A DNA stretch of 64,000 nt from Octopus vulgaris (lineage: Eukaryota): positions 161,820,001-161,884,000 of the forward strand of contig OX597817.1 of NCBI GenBank assembly GCA_951406725.2, written 5' to 3'. The notes beneath the pieces are model-generated. The model was not told the DNA's origin. It saw only the letters and a list, made by a program, of their open reading frames with translations, and searched no databases. The position numbers and the translations under genes were made by a program. Of the stretch, positions 41,301 to 55,584 are shown piece by piece. The stretch's first letter is position 1. Each line of letters begins with the position of its first letter.

Positions 41301-41954
41301 ATTTATATAGATGGCAGACGAATATCGTCCAAGTAGCTGCTGGTAAAAATGCTTGATGCACAACTCTGCTTCGTTGGGCATTCTTAATAACATGAACTCA
41401 CAGCCTCGTTGTTTCGGGTCATTTTTATGTTCACTACCTGGCTGTACAGTATCGCAAAGCTGACCAGGAGAAAAGGGTCCACATTAACATTAGTATCTCT
41501 AGTCGCGATCTTCATTCTCGATCTTTAGAATCCGAGCTCAAACTTCGACATGCCCCAACTGGATCGAAGAAGCATACATAATGCCACACATCAGCAGAAG
41601 GCTATCCCTAACACCTCTTTTGAGTGTATACGGAAACCCTATCGGTTAAATACAAAACATATGTAAGTCAATTTCCTCTTTGCTCTTTCTTGTATAAAAT
41701 CCTCAGGTAAGGTGGTACTCTCGCAATATACCTTGTTCGTTTATTCCCATTTTCCTGGAATTTGTTCATGTCTATCACCTTCCTATCACTTGAAATGTTA
41801 CCATTAGCGTGAGAGTAATGTCCGGTGACACTTTTATGAGAAGGGGAGGGAGGACTTTGGGTGTGCTGCATAAGTTTGTATTGGGGGTGGATGTGGGAGA
41901 AAGGAATATTCAAGGGCTACCCCGGGCGGCACACACTTAGCTACAGTAATCTAG

Positions 41955-42160
41955 TCTTTATAATCCAGTTTTTATAATCCAACATTAGAATATATAGTCT
42001 AGGATACATAATCCAGTTTTTATAATCCAATCTTTGTAATCCGTCATTACAATATACAATCCAGTCTTCATAATCCAGCAGTTATAATCCAGCCTTTGCA
42101 ATCCTGCCTTAACAATCCAGCTTTTCTAAACCAGCCTTAATGATCCAACATTAGAATATA
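41955..42160. repeat. Degenerate minisatellite (ataatccag motif)
   Basis: Repeated aatccag/aatccaa words every ~15-20 bp; the pattern resumes at 42685-42860. Confidence 0.6.
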
Positions 42161-42214
42161 CAGGTTTGGCCAAAAGTAAACCGACAGTAAATCAAAAATT
42201 CCATAAATACTTAA

Positions 42215-42500
42215 TACTCATTTACTCTTTTACTTGTTTCAGTCATTTGATTGCGACCATTCTGGAGCACCGTCTTTAGTCGAGCAAATCGACCCCAGGA
42301 CTTAGTCTTTGGAAGCCTAGTACTTATTCTGTCAGTCTATTTTGCCGAACCGCTAAGTTACGCGGACGTAAACACACCAACATCGGTTGGACCGAGGCTA
42401 CAGTAGAAGATACTTGCCCAAGGTGCCACGCAGTGGGACTGAACCCAGATCCATGTGGTTTGTAAGCAAGCTACTTACCACACAGTCACTCCTACACCTA
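42215..42500 (-). mobile_element. SINE family B, internally deleted
   Basis: Tail and head are joined at ~42390, with the microsatellite segment missing. Confidence 0.82.
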
Positions 42501-42944
42501 TTCAATTTTATTTATTCATTCCAATTATGAATGTTTAATAACTGAATGCTGGGAGTTAAAAATCATGGTTTTTCTTCAAAATTTTTTCTCTATACTGGCG
42601 AAGTCTCATACAAAATAATTTTTTGTTTTAATCTTGGACTTCAGTGGTTTTGATTTACTGTCAGGTAACTTTTGGCCAGAATCTATAATCCAGTATAAGA
42701 GGGAAAAAAATACATCTACAATATATAGTACAGTAGTAATAATCCAGCCTTTGTAATCTGGTATTTTCAATCCAACATTACAGTATATAATCAAGACAAT
42801 ATATAATCTAGAAGTTATTGCCTAATTTTTGCAGTGTTTACAATCCAGAATTTATAAACTAGAATTTGTTACCGAAAACTTAATAATCCTTCTGAATCAG
42901 TATTTTGCAAATACTTCCCAAATTTCTGGATTTACATCTCCCAT

Positions 42945-43125
42945 AAACACTCCATAGCTGTGTGAAGTGCAAATTTCAAGCAATCATTGGCAACAAAATA
43001 AAATATTAACCACCAAGTAGGATTAAACCTGCTTTCTCGGAGTCAAAAGTTTTAATCCTTAAGCTAAATTATTCGCTTCAAAAAAATATTCCCGAAATCA
43101 CCCTACTCTTTGGATCCATATCTCT
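42945..43125 (-). mobile_element. Fourth tRNA-derived repeat family (old SINE-like)
   Basis: Homologous to 45070-45250 and 45800-45980. On the minus strand the 45070 copy reads tagctgagtggttaaa...tctgactccgaga...ggttcagtcct. Confidence 0.6.
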
Positions 43126-43294
43126 AAATAATTGCTTGTAGGAACACCGTATTTTGTTATTCAACTATAATATTCTATCAAGTATATTAAAGACTTTTAT
43201 AAGTCAAACCTGTATCCTACAGTGTTAGCAGTGCAATTCAATCACTTTTAAAGTTAGCTCTACAGATGTTTTATTGAAAGTTACAACGTTTAAA

Positions 43295-43908
43295 AGCGGC
43301 GAGCTGGCAGAAACGTTAGCACGCCGGGCGAAATATTTAGTGATATTTCGTCTGTCTTTACGTTCTGAGTTCAAATTCCGCCGTGGTCGACTTTGCCTTT
43401 CATCCTTTCGGGGTTGATAAATTAAGTACCGGTTATGCACTGGGGTCGATATAATCAACTTAATCGGTTTGTCTGTCCTTGTTTATCCTCTCTGTGTTTA
43501 GCCCCTTGTGGGTAGTAAAGAAATAGGTATTTCGTCTGCCGTTACGTTCTGAGTTCAAATTTCGCCGAGGTCGACTTTGCCTTTCATCCTTTTGGGGTCG
43601 ATAAATTAAGTACCAGTTACGCATTGGGGTCGATGTAATCGACTTAATCCCTTTGTTTGTCCTTGTTTGTCCCCTCTATGTTTAGCACCTTGTGGGCCAT
43701 AAAGAAATAAGAAACGTTAGCACGCCGAGCGATATGATTAGCGGTATTTCATCTGACGTTACGTTCTGAGTTCAAATTCCGCCGAGGTCGACTTTGCCTT
43801 TCATCCTTTCGAGGTCGATAAATTAAGTACCAGTTGCGTACTGGGGTCGATCTGAACGACTGGCCCCCTCCCCCAAAATTTCAGGTCTTGTGCCTAGAGT
43901 AGAAGAGA
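43295..43908 (+). mobile_element. SINE family C trimer (third unit has the alternative tail)
   Basis: Junctions at 43526 and ~43710. Confidence 0.9.
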
Positions 43909-44164
43909 AAGCGATGCAATCGAAAATAAAAAAAAACAGGTAATGAGTGTATATGCATATTCCAGAAGTTATTGCTTCTTCTTCAGCACCGCATCCAACC
44001 GTTAACCATCCAAGAACACATTGCCTAAATATACATCAAATTTTAGAGTGATATCTCAAATATACAATTATTTCTAATTTAAAAGTGATATCTCTAATAT
44101 ACAGTTCTTTCTAATTTTGGCACAAAGCCAGCAGTTTTGGGGTGAGGTTCCAAGTCTGTTCCAT

Positions 44165-44441
44165 ATCGAGCCCTTCTGGGTATTAGCGCACGTCTACGAT
44201 GAGTCTACGATTTTAAAAATAATTTACCATCATTTTTTTCCATTTTAATGCATATTTTTTAATATAAGGGAAGTAACTCTCTAAAAATGTCTACGATGAA
44301 TCAACGATTAAAAAAAAAATTTACCATCATATTTTTTCCATTTTTAATGCATTTTTTTGCTATTTTTTGGCTATAACTCTCTAAAAATGCTTTATAGTTA
44401 TTTCCCTTACAAACCCGAGCAACGCCGGGCGATACTGCTAG
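44165..44441 (+). mobile_element. Helitron 3' fragment
   Basis: Ends cccgagcaacgccggg-cgatactg-CTAG|T, the same terminus as the 7964/35278 family but with a different body. Confidence 0.78.
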
Positions 44442-45055
44442 TCTCTAATATACAGTTCTTTCAAATTTTGGCACAAAGCCAGCAGTTTTGGGTTGAGGTT
44501 CCAAGTCTGTTCCATTGACCCTAGTACTTGGCTGGTTCTTTATTATATCAATCGCAAAAGAATGAAAGGCAAAGCTGACCTCGTTGGAATCTAAACTCAG
44601 AACGTACAGTCGGAAGAAATGTAGCTAAACATTTTGTCCGACAGTGTGCCAGTTTGTCGCCTTTAGTAATTCTTTGTAATTTCGATTCAAGGCCTGCGGT
44701 TTTTTTAGGGCGGGAGTATGTCGATTATCTGGATAACACTATTTGATTGGTACTTATTTTATATAAAGATGAATGGCAAAGTCATCTCGGTTGAATTTGA
44801 ACCCGGAACATAAAATGAATCGGAAGAAGGCATTTTACTTGACGTGCTAACGATTAAGCCAACTCACTATATTCTTTCGACCATAGGCACAAGACCATCA
44901 CTTGACTCCAGTGTTCAACTGGTACTTATTTTATCGACCCCGAAACGATGAAAATCAAAGTCAGCCTTGGTGATATTTGAACGCATCAGAACATATAACC
45001 GGATGAAAAGCTGTTAAGCATTTTGTCCGGCATGCTAATGAGCCAGCTCACCACC
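44442..45055 (-). mobile_element. Three degenerate family-C SINE copies in tandem
   Basis: Repeated gatgaa-ggcaaag...gaatttgaac...ag motifs. Confidence 0.6.
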
Positions 45056-45340
45056 TTTTTCAATATACAATCCATAGCAGTATGAAGTGTAAATTCCAAG
45101 CCGCTATTGGTAACAAAATAAAGGAAAAAATATTTATCAAGTAGGACTGAACCTTCATTCTCGGAGTCAGAAGGCAACATTTTAACCACTCAGCTAAATT
45201 ATTCTTTTCAAGAAATCTTCCAGAAACTACCTTGCTTGTTGGATTCCCAGTCACCATTGGCAACAAAATAAAATATTTGTCACCATGTGCGATTAAACTG
45301 GCCTTCTCGGCTTCAATCTCAGAAGCCAACGTTTGGGCAG

Positions 45341-45791
45341 AATTCTGCTTTAAGCACGCCATATAACCCCTCATAACTTTTTTATTTTATCTTGGGAAAT
45401 TTTCAGAAAAATTTTGCGTATTTGTGTTCTACACACAGGAATTCATATGCCTATGAAAAAAATTTTTTTTTTTCTAATTTTTCGATTTAAAAAAAAAATC
45501 AGAGTTTGAAATACGGACAGTTGAAATTGTTGCTTAAATACCAGCAATAAACCCTTAACTGTATTTATGGGGAGAAAGATATTGAAAAACATCAATAAGT
45601 CAGAGTGACAAAAAAAAAAAAAGAAAAAGAGGAAGGTATCAGGTGGTCGTGAGATGTGCTAAAAATAACTCTTTTTTTTGCATAATCATATGAATTCCCT
45701 TGTGTGGAATACAAATTCGAAGAATTTCCCGAAAATTCCAAAAAATAAAAAATGTTATGATGGATTATATGGTGTGCTTAAAGTAGAATTC
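45341..45791. mobile_element. MITE with long (~110-bp) imperfect TIRs
   Basis: gaattctgctttaagcacgccatataa versus the reverse complement gaattctactttaagcacaccatataa; pairing extends inward to ggaattcatatg/catatgaattcc. Confidence 0.75.
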
Positions 45792-46429
45792 CACAGAAAT
45801 CGCTACATTTGTTGGATTCGTATCTCTAAAAACAGTGTGAAGTACAAGTTCCATGAAACCACTGGCAATGTAATAAAATATCCACCACGTGGGATTGAAC
45901 CCGCCCTCTCGGAGTCAGAAGTCAACACTTTAACCACTAAGTTAAAGTGTTCTCTTCAAGAAATATTCCAGGAACCAATGCCGGCAGAAGCATGAACGTT
46001 GCAAATGAATGTCTGAAATTATCGATCAGTACGTAAATTTATTGTTCTTTGCATCGCCAAAGTATTCGGTGTCTGCTTACAATATCCTCACAATAGATCC
46101 ATATTTCAGTGTTAGATTCCAACATGGCATTGACTCAATTTTCAATATTTATTACCAAGGACATTAAAGACATTTCCAGTTCGTTCTATTGTCAGAATTT
46201 CCGATTTAAAGAAAATTGCCGAAAAACGAAACAACACACAGGAAGTTGCTATTTTTGATGAAATCCAGTAGAGCATGGCATGTGGCTCCTACGTTCAGAC
46301 AATTTATTCTTTGCTAGCCTTGGGTCAACCCAAGCCTCGTAAATGTCAATGGATAAACGGAGACTGTATGGAAGCCAGGTTGCTGGGGTATCCATGTGGT
46401 TCAATGGCTCAGGCATGTTATATTTCACT

Positions 46430-46964
46430 TTTTGTTTCTTTCAGTTATTGGACTGCGATCATACTGGGGGTATCCTTATGAAGAGATTTAGTCGAATAAA
46501 TTTACCCCTGAACTTGTTTCTTAAAGTCTCGTACTTATTTTATCGGTTCTTTGCTGAACCGCTAGGTTACGAGGACTAAGCAAACCAACATTGGGTGTCA
46601 AGCGATGGCAGAGAGGGGAGGTGACAAAGATACATGCATACATAAATACAAACATACATATATATGTATGTATACAAGCGTGTGTGTGCATGCGTGTGCG
46701 TCCATGTATATGCGTGTGCGTGCGTGTGTGTGTGTAAATTCTTTTATTCTTTTATTCCATGACTTGTTTCAGTTATTTGACTGCGGCCATGGTGGAGCAC
46801 GGCCTTAAAGGGTTTCGTTCGAAGAAATCAACCCCAGGAATTATTCTTTTTAATCATGATACTTATTCTATCGGTCTCTTTGCTGAACCACTAAGTTACG
46901 GGGGACGTAAACACACCAACACCGGCTGTCAAAACGATGGTGGGAGACAAACACAAACACAAAG

Positions 46965-47009
<45 letters not shown>

Positions 47010-47105
47010 CATACATACATACATACATGCATACATACATACTTCCACGCAGTGGGACTGAACCTGCAATCATGCGGTTGGTAAGCAAGCATTTTACTAC
47101 ATACC

Positions 47106-47110
<5 letters not shown>
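46430..47110 (-). mobile_element. SINE family B, one partial and one internally deleted copy
   Basis: B tail halves at 46430-46640 and 46745-46970; head at 47045-47110. Confidence 0.75.
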
Positions 47111-47168
<58 letters not shown>

Positions 47169-47442
47169 TGCGTTCGGTTACTCCACATTGATAAGGGGCA
47201 AATATCTCGAAACTAGTCTGTAGATGCTTGAACCAGCATGGGGAAGCTGATGACATCCCCTGTTCAAAGGTTGTAATGGACACATGTTTGTGTGTCACAT
47301 AGCTAGCTACAGGCGATGACCTCTTGGAGCTAATTAACGGCAGCATTCGTCCTGTTTTCTGGACTGCTTGGTGATAACTATTAATACTCAGCACTGCTGC
47401 CGAAGTCTCCTTTAGAGAGAAGTAGAAATATTAATAATGTTT

Positions 47443-47492
<50 letters not shown>

Positions 47493-47493
47493 A

Positions 47494-47534
<41 letters not shown>

Positions 47535-47537
<3 letters not shown>

Positions 47538-47685
47538 AGAATTCACAAAGAAAACAACAAAAAGACGAAGACAGGTGGTGTAGAACGCTCGGGAAGTGAG
47601 AAAGTCTTTAACGTTTCGTGCTTACGCTCTTCCACAGAAACACAGAAAGAAACAGGGAGAGAAAATAAAAAATGTGTAGTGACTA
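47535..47685 (-). mobile_element. Penelope-like terminal remnant with hammerhead-like motif
   Basis: Minus strand reads ttt-ctgtgga-a-gagc-gtaa-gcac-gaaa-cgtt-aaa (47604-47642); flanked by TA repeats; the 3' end matches 14400-14447. Confidence 0.6.
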
Positions 47686-48332
47686 TATATATGTGTGTGT
47701 GTGTGTGTGTATACGACGGCTTCCACACAGTTTCCGTCTACCAAAATTCATTCACAAGCCATTGGTTGAACTAGGACTATAGATGAAGGCAGTATCTAAA
47801 TTTGCCGCGCACAGTAGGACTGATACCAACACTACTATGGCAGCAAAGAGAGCGTCTTAGCCACACAGGCATGTATGTTACGCCCACAGCCATACCTTTT
47901 AATTATAATGTCACAATGATTCTGTTTAGGGATTATGTTAAAAGTGCAAATGTCTGGAGAATATTTCTGCCACTTCTGCCATAATACAAGACGTTCTGTA
48001 CATATAATTCGAAGGTCCATAGTTTTCGCATATTGTGGCGCATGGAGACTGGCTGAAGATTGACGTTAAAAGTATACTGGATGCTTAACTACCGATGATT
48101 GCTGTAATATAATGGCAGACGTGTCTTGGACGTTTTAAACATGTCAGAGTCACTACCTCTCCATGCCTGAATTCCAGAGGGATAGATAGATAGATACTCA
48201 GATAGGCAGACAGACAGACAAACAGATAGATAAATAGATAGTCAGATAGACAGACAGGCATACATACATACATACAAGTAGATAGATAACCAGCCAGCCA
48301 GACAGGCAGAACAGGTAGACAGACAAACAAAC

Positions 48333-48365
<33 letters not shown>

Positions 48366-48376
48366 TACAGACAGAC

Positions 48377-48454
<78 letters not shown>

Positions 48455-48466
48455 GTAGATAGATAG

Positions 48467-48534
<68 letters not shown>

Positions 48535-48867
48535 CGACAAACAGACATGGGTAGCTGTTTTTTTTCACCCCTCACCATTTTTTTCTCTCTCCAACTGTTT
48601 TGTCTCCTCATTCCTTTCCGCATAAGGGCATAGGCTCGAAACATCAAAGACCCTTTCATTTTTTTCCAGAGTGTCAAACTAATACACCTTGTTATTGTTC
48701 CCTCACCTGTCTCTGTCTTTTGTTTTGTGTGTGTGTGTGTGTGTTTTGTACAATTTTGAACTATAGACAAACAGACAGACAGATAGATAGAATGATATAT
48801 ATATAAATATGTGTGAGACTGTGTGTTTACATATGTGCGTGTGTGTGCGTGCATGTTTGAGTGCGTT

Positions 48868-48915
<48 letters not shown>

Positions 48916-49038
48916 CGTGTGTGTGTGGCTTTGTTTTAGTGTACGTGCATGCCGTTATAGTGAACAAACTTTAAGCAAGATTCGTGAGAGATAAATGATT
49001 TTACTTCCTTTGATCTCATATTTCGAATATAAGCGTGG

Positions 49039-49123
<85 letters not shown>

Positions 49124-50256
49124 TGTCTGTTTGTGTACGTTTGTGTCTGATTGTACGTGTGAACATGAATATGTATACCTGTGTGCACGCATGTGTTTGA
49201 TTGTCGTTATAGAAACCATTTCAGGTGTCACTATCAGATGAAAAGGCCATAAGTCACCTCCACATGTGTACGTCACGTGACCGTTACATACTTATCTACA
49301 TGTGACATGCGTGGTATATATATATATGTGTGTTAGGAGTCAAATACAACATGTCTACATGTGAAATGTATCTCATATATTAATGCGTATGTCATGTAAC
49401 ATATGTATGCCATGTTATTGCAATGTGTAATGCCATATGTCTGTTAGATGTATATGTTATGTGTCTGTGGTATACGTATGTCACGCGTGTATCATGTGAC
49501 CGTTAGATATGTATGTCATGTATCCGTCGGATATATATGCTACAAGATTATCAAATGTGTATGTCATGCGGCTATCAGTTGTGTGTGTCATACGACTTTT
49601 TGTATACACGTCCCATGTGATTGTGAAATCTGCGCAAACCAATCCAGCCAAATTCCAGGAATAATTCGGTTGGTGATTTTACGATGGCGAAACTGTGCAA
49701 CAATGAACGTCTAGTTGAATTTCGCCGAATAAGGACTTATCTACATTAATTTTAACACAAACATTTGAATTTGGAAACACATCTAGATCTAACAGCATGG
49801 CTAGGATGAGCCAATCGAGGGAGCCTTCATGAAGTCCTTTGACCTACTAGAAATAGAAGTCAAATTTTCCCGGTCATTTGTGTTTTTTAAAGGAGATGAT
49901 TTGATAAAAAGATAGTCTAGATGTACGAAAAAAGACCGTATGACCTCAGCTGGAGCACTTTTAATCAGAGAGCTGATGGATCGAGTTTGACAGGGTACTA
50001 AACGACAACAACAACTACTACTGCTGCTGCTGTTGTTGTTGTTGTTAAGCAACAGGGCGGGTAAGGGTGATTAGGTGATGGTCTAGGGCGGGAGACCCCC
50101 AGACCTTAGGAAAAAAAAATCTTTGGTCGTCTTGTTGTCGAGGGCTCTTCGTTGACGCCCGACACCACTGGGAGGTGGCTCTCGAAGTCGCTGGAAATGG
50201 AGATTTCCAGGTCCAAATTTTTGAACGGCTGCTGATGATGATGGTGGTGGTGGTGG

Positions 50257-50341
<85 letters not shown>

Positions 50342-50789
50342 GGTGGTGATGATGATGATGATGATGATGATGATGAGAGGAGGAGGAGGAGGAGGAGGAG
50401 GAGGAGGATGAAGTGGCAAGAAGACGGTTTTACGGTTAGGCCCTCAAAAAGACTCTAGTATGAATACTTGGAGTCAGAGGAATCGGGGTCCTTAAATAGT
50501 AAAGCACTAAGGTCAGGTCGGTGATAGCGCTATCGTGTACAAACAGTACTGAAGGACAAATACGCACGTACTAAAGTAAACACGGATTTGTACTCCAGTT
50601 GTGCGTACAATCGCAAATGGTTGGCTGAATACATAACGAGTCGTCAACGTCACTCATGGGTACACTCACTGTACCCATTGCACCACACTTTATAGACTCA
50701 AGATCCAAACGAATTGCAGGTTTCGAGTTAGGTGAAGGGTAAACAAATAACAACAGATGGATTGTGGTTACACACATACACACGCATAG

Positions 50790-50867
50790 CTACTGCACGC
50801 ATTTTTATTTCTGTTTTTTTTCTCTCTGTGTATCTTTCTGTTGAAGAGCTAGCTCGAAACGTTAAAG

Positions 50868-50914
<47 letters not shown>

Positions 50915-51192
50915 GAAAGAAGGTTTGAAAATGCAATTTAAAAGATGTTTATTTACTTAACCGGTTTCACTCTTTGGAAAAAGATTGTCAAAAGTAACAT
51001 AGAATATTATGAATTCAAAATTTTTTTTACATAATTGCCACATTACATGTATATATACACTCTTTGGTAACAGGGACATGTTAAGGACATAAAGAAGTAC
51101 AACAGTATGATGAGAATATTTGAAAAAATGGGCAGAAAAGAATAAAACAAATATATTATTGGAAGTTTGGTTGCGTTAATTATTGGTTGTTG

Positions 51193-51245
<53 letters not shown>

Positions 51246-51560
51246 CTAACACGCACACACTCACTGTCTTGTTCTCACTGTCCTGTTTTTGTTACCACTT
51301 TCACCCTCCACAAAAAATCCCAAATTTTATTTAATTTGTTTTGCGGGAAGGACTGCTTCAACGAAGTCGCGTATTGTCTTTGCCTTCGTAACGCGGAGTA
51401 GATGAAACAGGGACAACTGATGAAGGGGAATATTCTTTATGTTGCATGTTTCGTTTCTGTTTTCTTTCGTTGTTCGAAAAAAAGTTCATTTTCTATGTTT
51501 TTGTTTTTATGTTTCCGTTTCTCATTGTGTTCAACGTTTTTTTTAATGTCCTATAACTAT
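50790..51560. mobile_element. Cluster of Penelope-like terminal remnants between (TA)n tracts
   Basis: Hammerhead-like motifs at 50834-50867 (+) and 50954-50996 (-), and a partial CTGATGA at 51417. Confidence 0.55.
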
Positions 51561-51689
51561 ATATGCATGTGTATATACATATATATGTAGGTATGTACAT
51601 ATATGTATGTATATATGGATATATTTATATACTATTTATATTATTATATGATCGAACGCCACGCATCCTTTTCCAAGTGTTTTATCTAC

Positions 51690-51778
51690 ATACATACCTA
51701 CATAAATACATACATACATACATACATACATACATACATACATACATACATACATACATACATACATACATGCATGCA

Positions 51779-51812
<34 letters not shown>

Positions 51813-52273
51813 AATACATACATACATACATATATACATACATACATACATACATACATACATAAATACATACATACATACATACATACATACATACATA
51901 CATACATACATACATACATACATACATACATACATACATACATACATACATACATTCATACATACATACATACATACATACATACATACATACATACATA
52001 CATACATACATACATACATACATACATACATACATACATACATACATACATACATACATACATACATACATACATTCATACATACATACATACATACATA
52101 CATACATACATACATTCATACATACATACATACATACATACATACATACATACATACATACATACATACATACATACATACATACATACATACATAAATA
52201 CATACATACATACATACATACATACATACATACATACATACATACATACATACATACATACATACATACATAC
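51690..52273. repeat. (TACA)n microsatellite
   Basis: ~580 bp of near-perfect array. Confidence 0.97.
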
Positions 52274-52976
52274 AGGCAGACAGACATACAGACAGACAGG
52301 CAGACAGACATACGTACATACGTATGTATGTATGAATGTATACATAAGGGAAAATTAAAATAAACGCAATTATTAGTTCTTGTGTACATTCTACCATTAC
52401 AGTTATTTGGAATTCAGCATTCAATGCCTAACCGCGATGGATCACACGGCACATGCGTCACCGATTGGTTAAGACGTTTGCACGTGATTCCAAATCTAAT
52501 GGTCCTTTCGCTTGTGTTTTCTAACATAGTTTCGGATCGAGGCAAGCATGAGTGGACAGAAAATCTACTGTCAGTCGTTGTATGGACTGACCTTGGTTTT
52601 AACTACTAAATTTTAATCGTTCATTCGGTTTAACACTCCGGCTATTCCTTGTGTACTATTAGTGGAGTCCGTTCTGTTATAATCCACGAGTCGAAGTTAA
52701 TTTCTCTCTTCCTTTCGAAGAGCCCCTGCAAAAGTCCCTGTGTGATGCCCACGATACTTTTTGTTTTTACCAATGGTTAAACCATAAAAACTACAATCAT
52801 TTTCGACAGAAGTGGATATCTCTTGAATTTCCATTAAAACGTTTTCATCAAGGATAAAGAGATTAGCTTAAGTGCTAACCTTATATTTGCTTAAATTAAA
52901 TATGGCGTCTTCAAACAACAGGGAGTGTTGCTACAGAAGACACCTCTCTCACTCTCTCTGTCTCTCTCTCTCTCCT

Positions 52977-53038
<62 letters not shown>

Positions 53039-53342
53039 ACTCTCTCTCTTCTCTCTTTCCCCTCTCTCCCCCTCTCTTTGTATCTCTCTTTTTCTCACTT
53101 TCCCTCTCTCTCAGTATCTCTCTTTCTGTCTCTCTCTTCTCCACTGCCCAAACTAAACTATCCAAAACCTGATGATAAAATTCGTGCAATTAGGCAAAAT
53201 ATCGATGAAGATAATTAATTTGTAGTAAATTTCTGAACGTTTAAACAGAATAGGAAGCACGTCCAGAGTCCACAGTCGAAGGAAACAAAGGACCCATGTC
53301 AAACAGCATGATTTCATCCACCTTATTTCTCAGTATTTATAT

Positions 53343-53726
53343 ACATCTTTTACTTGTTTCAGTCATTGGACAGCGACCATGCTGGGGCCCTACCTTGAAG
53401 GTGTTAGTTGAACAGGTCAACCCCAGTACTTATTTTTAAGTCTGGTTCTTAATCTATTACCATCTTTTGTCGAATTTCTAAGTTATGGGGACGTAAACAA
53501 ACCAACACTGGTTGTCAAGGGGTAATGGAGGACAAGCACAAACACAAAGATACATATACGTGCATGTACATATATATATATATAGGCGTAGGAGAGGCTG
53601 TATAGTAAGTAGCATGCTTAAGGACTACATGGTTCCGGGTTCAGTCCCACTGCGTGGCACCTTGGGCAAGTGACTTTTACTATAGCCTCGGGCTATAGAC
53701 GGAAATTGAAAGAATCCCGTCATATG

Positions 53727-53799
<73 letters not shown>

Positions 53800-54237
53800 G
53801 CGTGTATGTTTGTGTGTCTGTGTTTGTCCCTCCAGCATTGCTTGACAACCGATGCTGGTGTGTTTACGTCCCCGTAACATAGCGGTTCGGCAAAAGAGAC
53901 CGATAGAATAAGTACTAGGCTTACAAAGAATAAGTCCTGAGGTCGATTTGCTCGACTAAAGGCGGTGCTCCAGCATGGTCGCAGTCAAATGACTGAAACA
54001 AGTAAAAGAGTAAAAAGAGAGTAAAGAGTATATACAAACACACATATATATATTTCGGTACGACGGGATTCCACATAGTTTCCGTCTGTCAGGTCTACTC
54101 ACAAGGCTTTGGTCGACCCGCGGCTATAGTAGAAAAGGTGCCAGGTTAACATGCAGTGAGGCTGAACCCTGAACTCTGAACCCAAAACCATGTGCTGAGA
54201 AAGCAAACTTCTTGCCGCACTGTCACGCCTGCGCCTT
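53343..54237 (-). mobile_element. Older SINE family B (outer, split)
   Basis: Tail half at 53343-53580 and head half at 54040-54237, both on the minus strand. Confidence 0.78.
53583..54030 (+). mobile_element. Younger SINE family B nested in the microsatellite of the outer copy
   Basis: Head-to-tail copy in the opposite orientation, inside TA repeats. Confidence 0.88.
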
Positions 54238-54259
54238 TATGTAAGGTTATTTCTTATTA

Positions 54260-54308
<49 letters not shown>

Positions 54309-54844
54309 ATGTTGTACTTGATAGTTTAAACGTTTTTATGACTTCATTATTTCCTCTTTCGTTACCAACACCGTGTTGGTTACACGTAGGAAGTGAATCA
54401 CTAACATTGACTATGGATCAAAGGTGCTTTTCACACTACTTTTGTCTTGTGCTTACTTTTGATATTCAAGATATTAAGCGTCTAATATCCTCGTAATATG
54501 ATATTCTTAACAAAAGCAGATTTATCTTAAGGTGCTTTCTTGTAATATTCGTTTTACTTTTAGTTAAATTTCGTCTAATCCGTGGGAGAACATTCGAAGA
54601 TCTTAGATAATGCAAAAGCCGTTTGGGTGATCGGTCCGCATGTATGTATGTATGTATGTATGTATGTATGTATGTATGTATGTATGTATGTATGTATGTA
54701 CGTTTGTCCTCTTGCGCTTTTATCTATTTAAATTCTTCCGGCGAGGAAGGTGCTGGTTTCTAAGAAAGATACAAAGCTCCATCACTGGAATGTAGACAAC
54801 GAAAATAATGTCACGTTTTATCCCTCTATATATAAACGACAAAA

Positions 54845-54899
<55 letters not shown>

Positions 54900-55584
54900 G
54901 CGTGTGTGTGTGTGCGTGTCCTTTATACAAATCCACAATTTTTCAGTTAGAGGGCTCGCACTTTGTATGGTCATTCAAAACCGTCCAATGGTGGTCGGAG
55001 ATTTGGACAGTAGTCGCGTGTATGTGCGCACGCACGCAGCTGTATATGCATGCACTAGCACTTGAGAAAACGCTTGTGTATTCTTATTGTTCTACTTCAA
55101 GATTATAATTGTAATGTGCAAATCAGTTGGTTGATTTCTTTTTCTGAAAATCCAAGCTTATATAAACTGTCAATTAGGCATTTAAATGCACCTGTTACTA
55201 TTGGTTACTGAGACAAAACTGTTTCTTCACAGCAGGATCCAATACACGAGAGAGTAACGAAAACGAAAATTATCTGCGTGTGCTTTAGAGATTATGTTCG
55301 TGTCTTCATAACAGGAATTCCAAACGGCACTTAAGGACAACCCAGAAGAAATCTTCTCAACCTTAAATGTTATAGCACTATCTATCGCATTTTTAAATCC
55401 GAAGATTTAACCAAACACAGACTGAAATTGTTAGTCATCCCTCTGCCCATACATTTGTGCTCCTGTACACGGGCAAAGAAATTCAAGAGTAACGATAATA
55501 GACATGGGAAACGATGTAGATCCGTGACTGGTCGACACCTTTTTTTTTTTACCGCAGTGTAAGTGAGTGGCTAAAGTAAGGCTA

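Noticed and set aside
53168-53210. Other CTGATGA words (also near 14937, 35785 and 47248)
   Set aside because: No stem II or properly spaced GAAA, so not hammerheads.
54822-55000. Possible Helitron 5' end with (TG)n
   Set aside because: The start resembles non-autonomous Helitrons, but no matching 3' hairpin/CTAG or second copy was found in the window.
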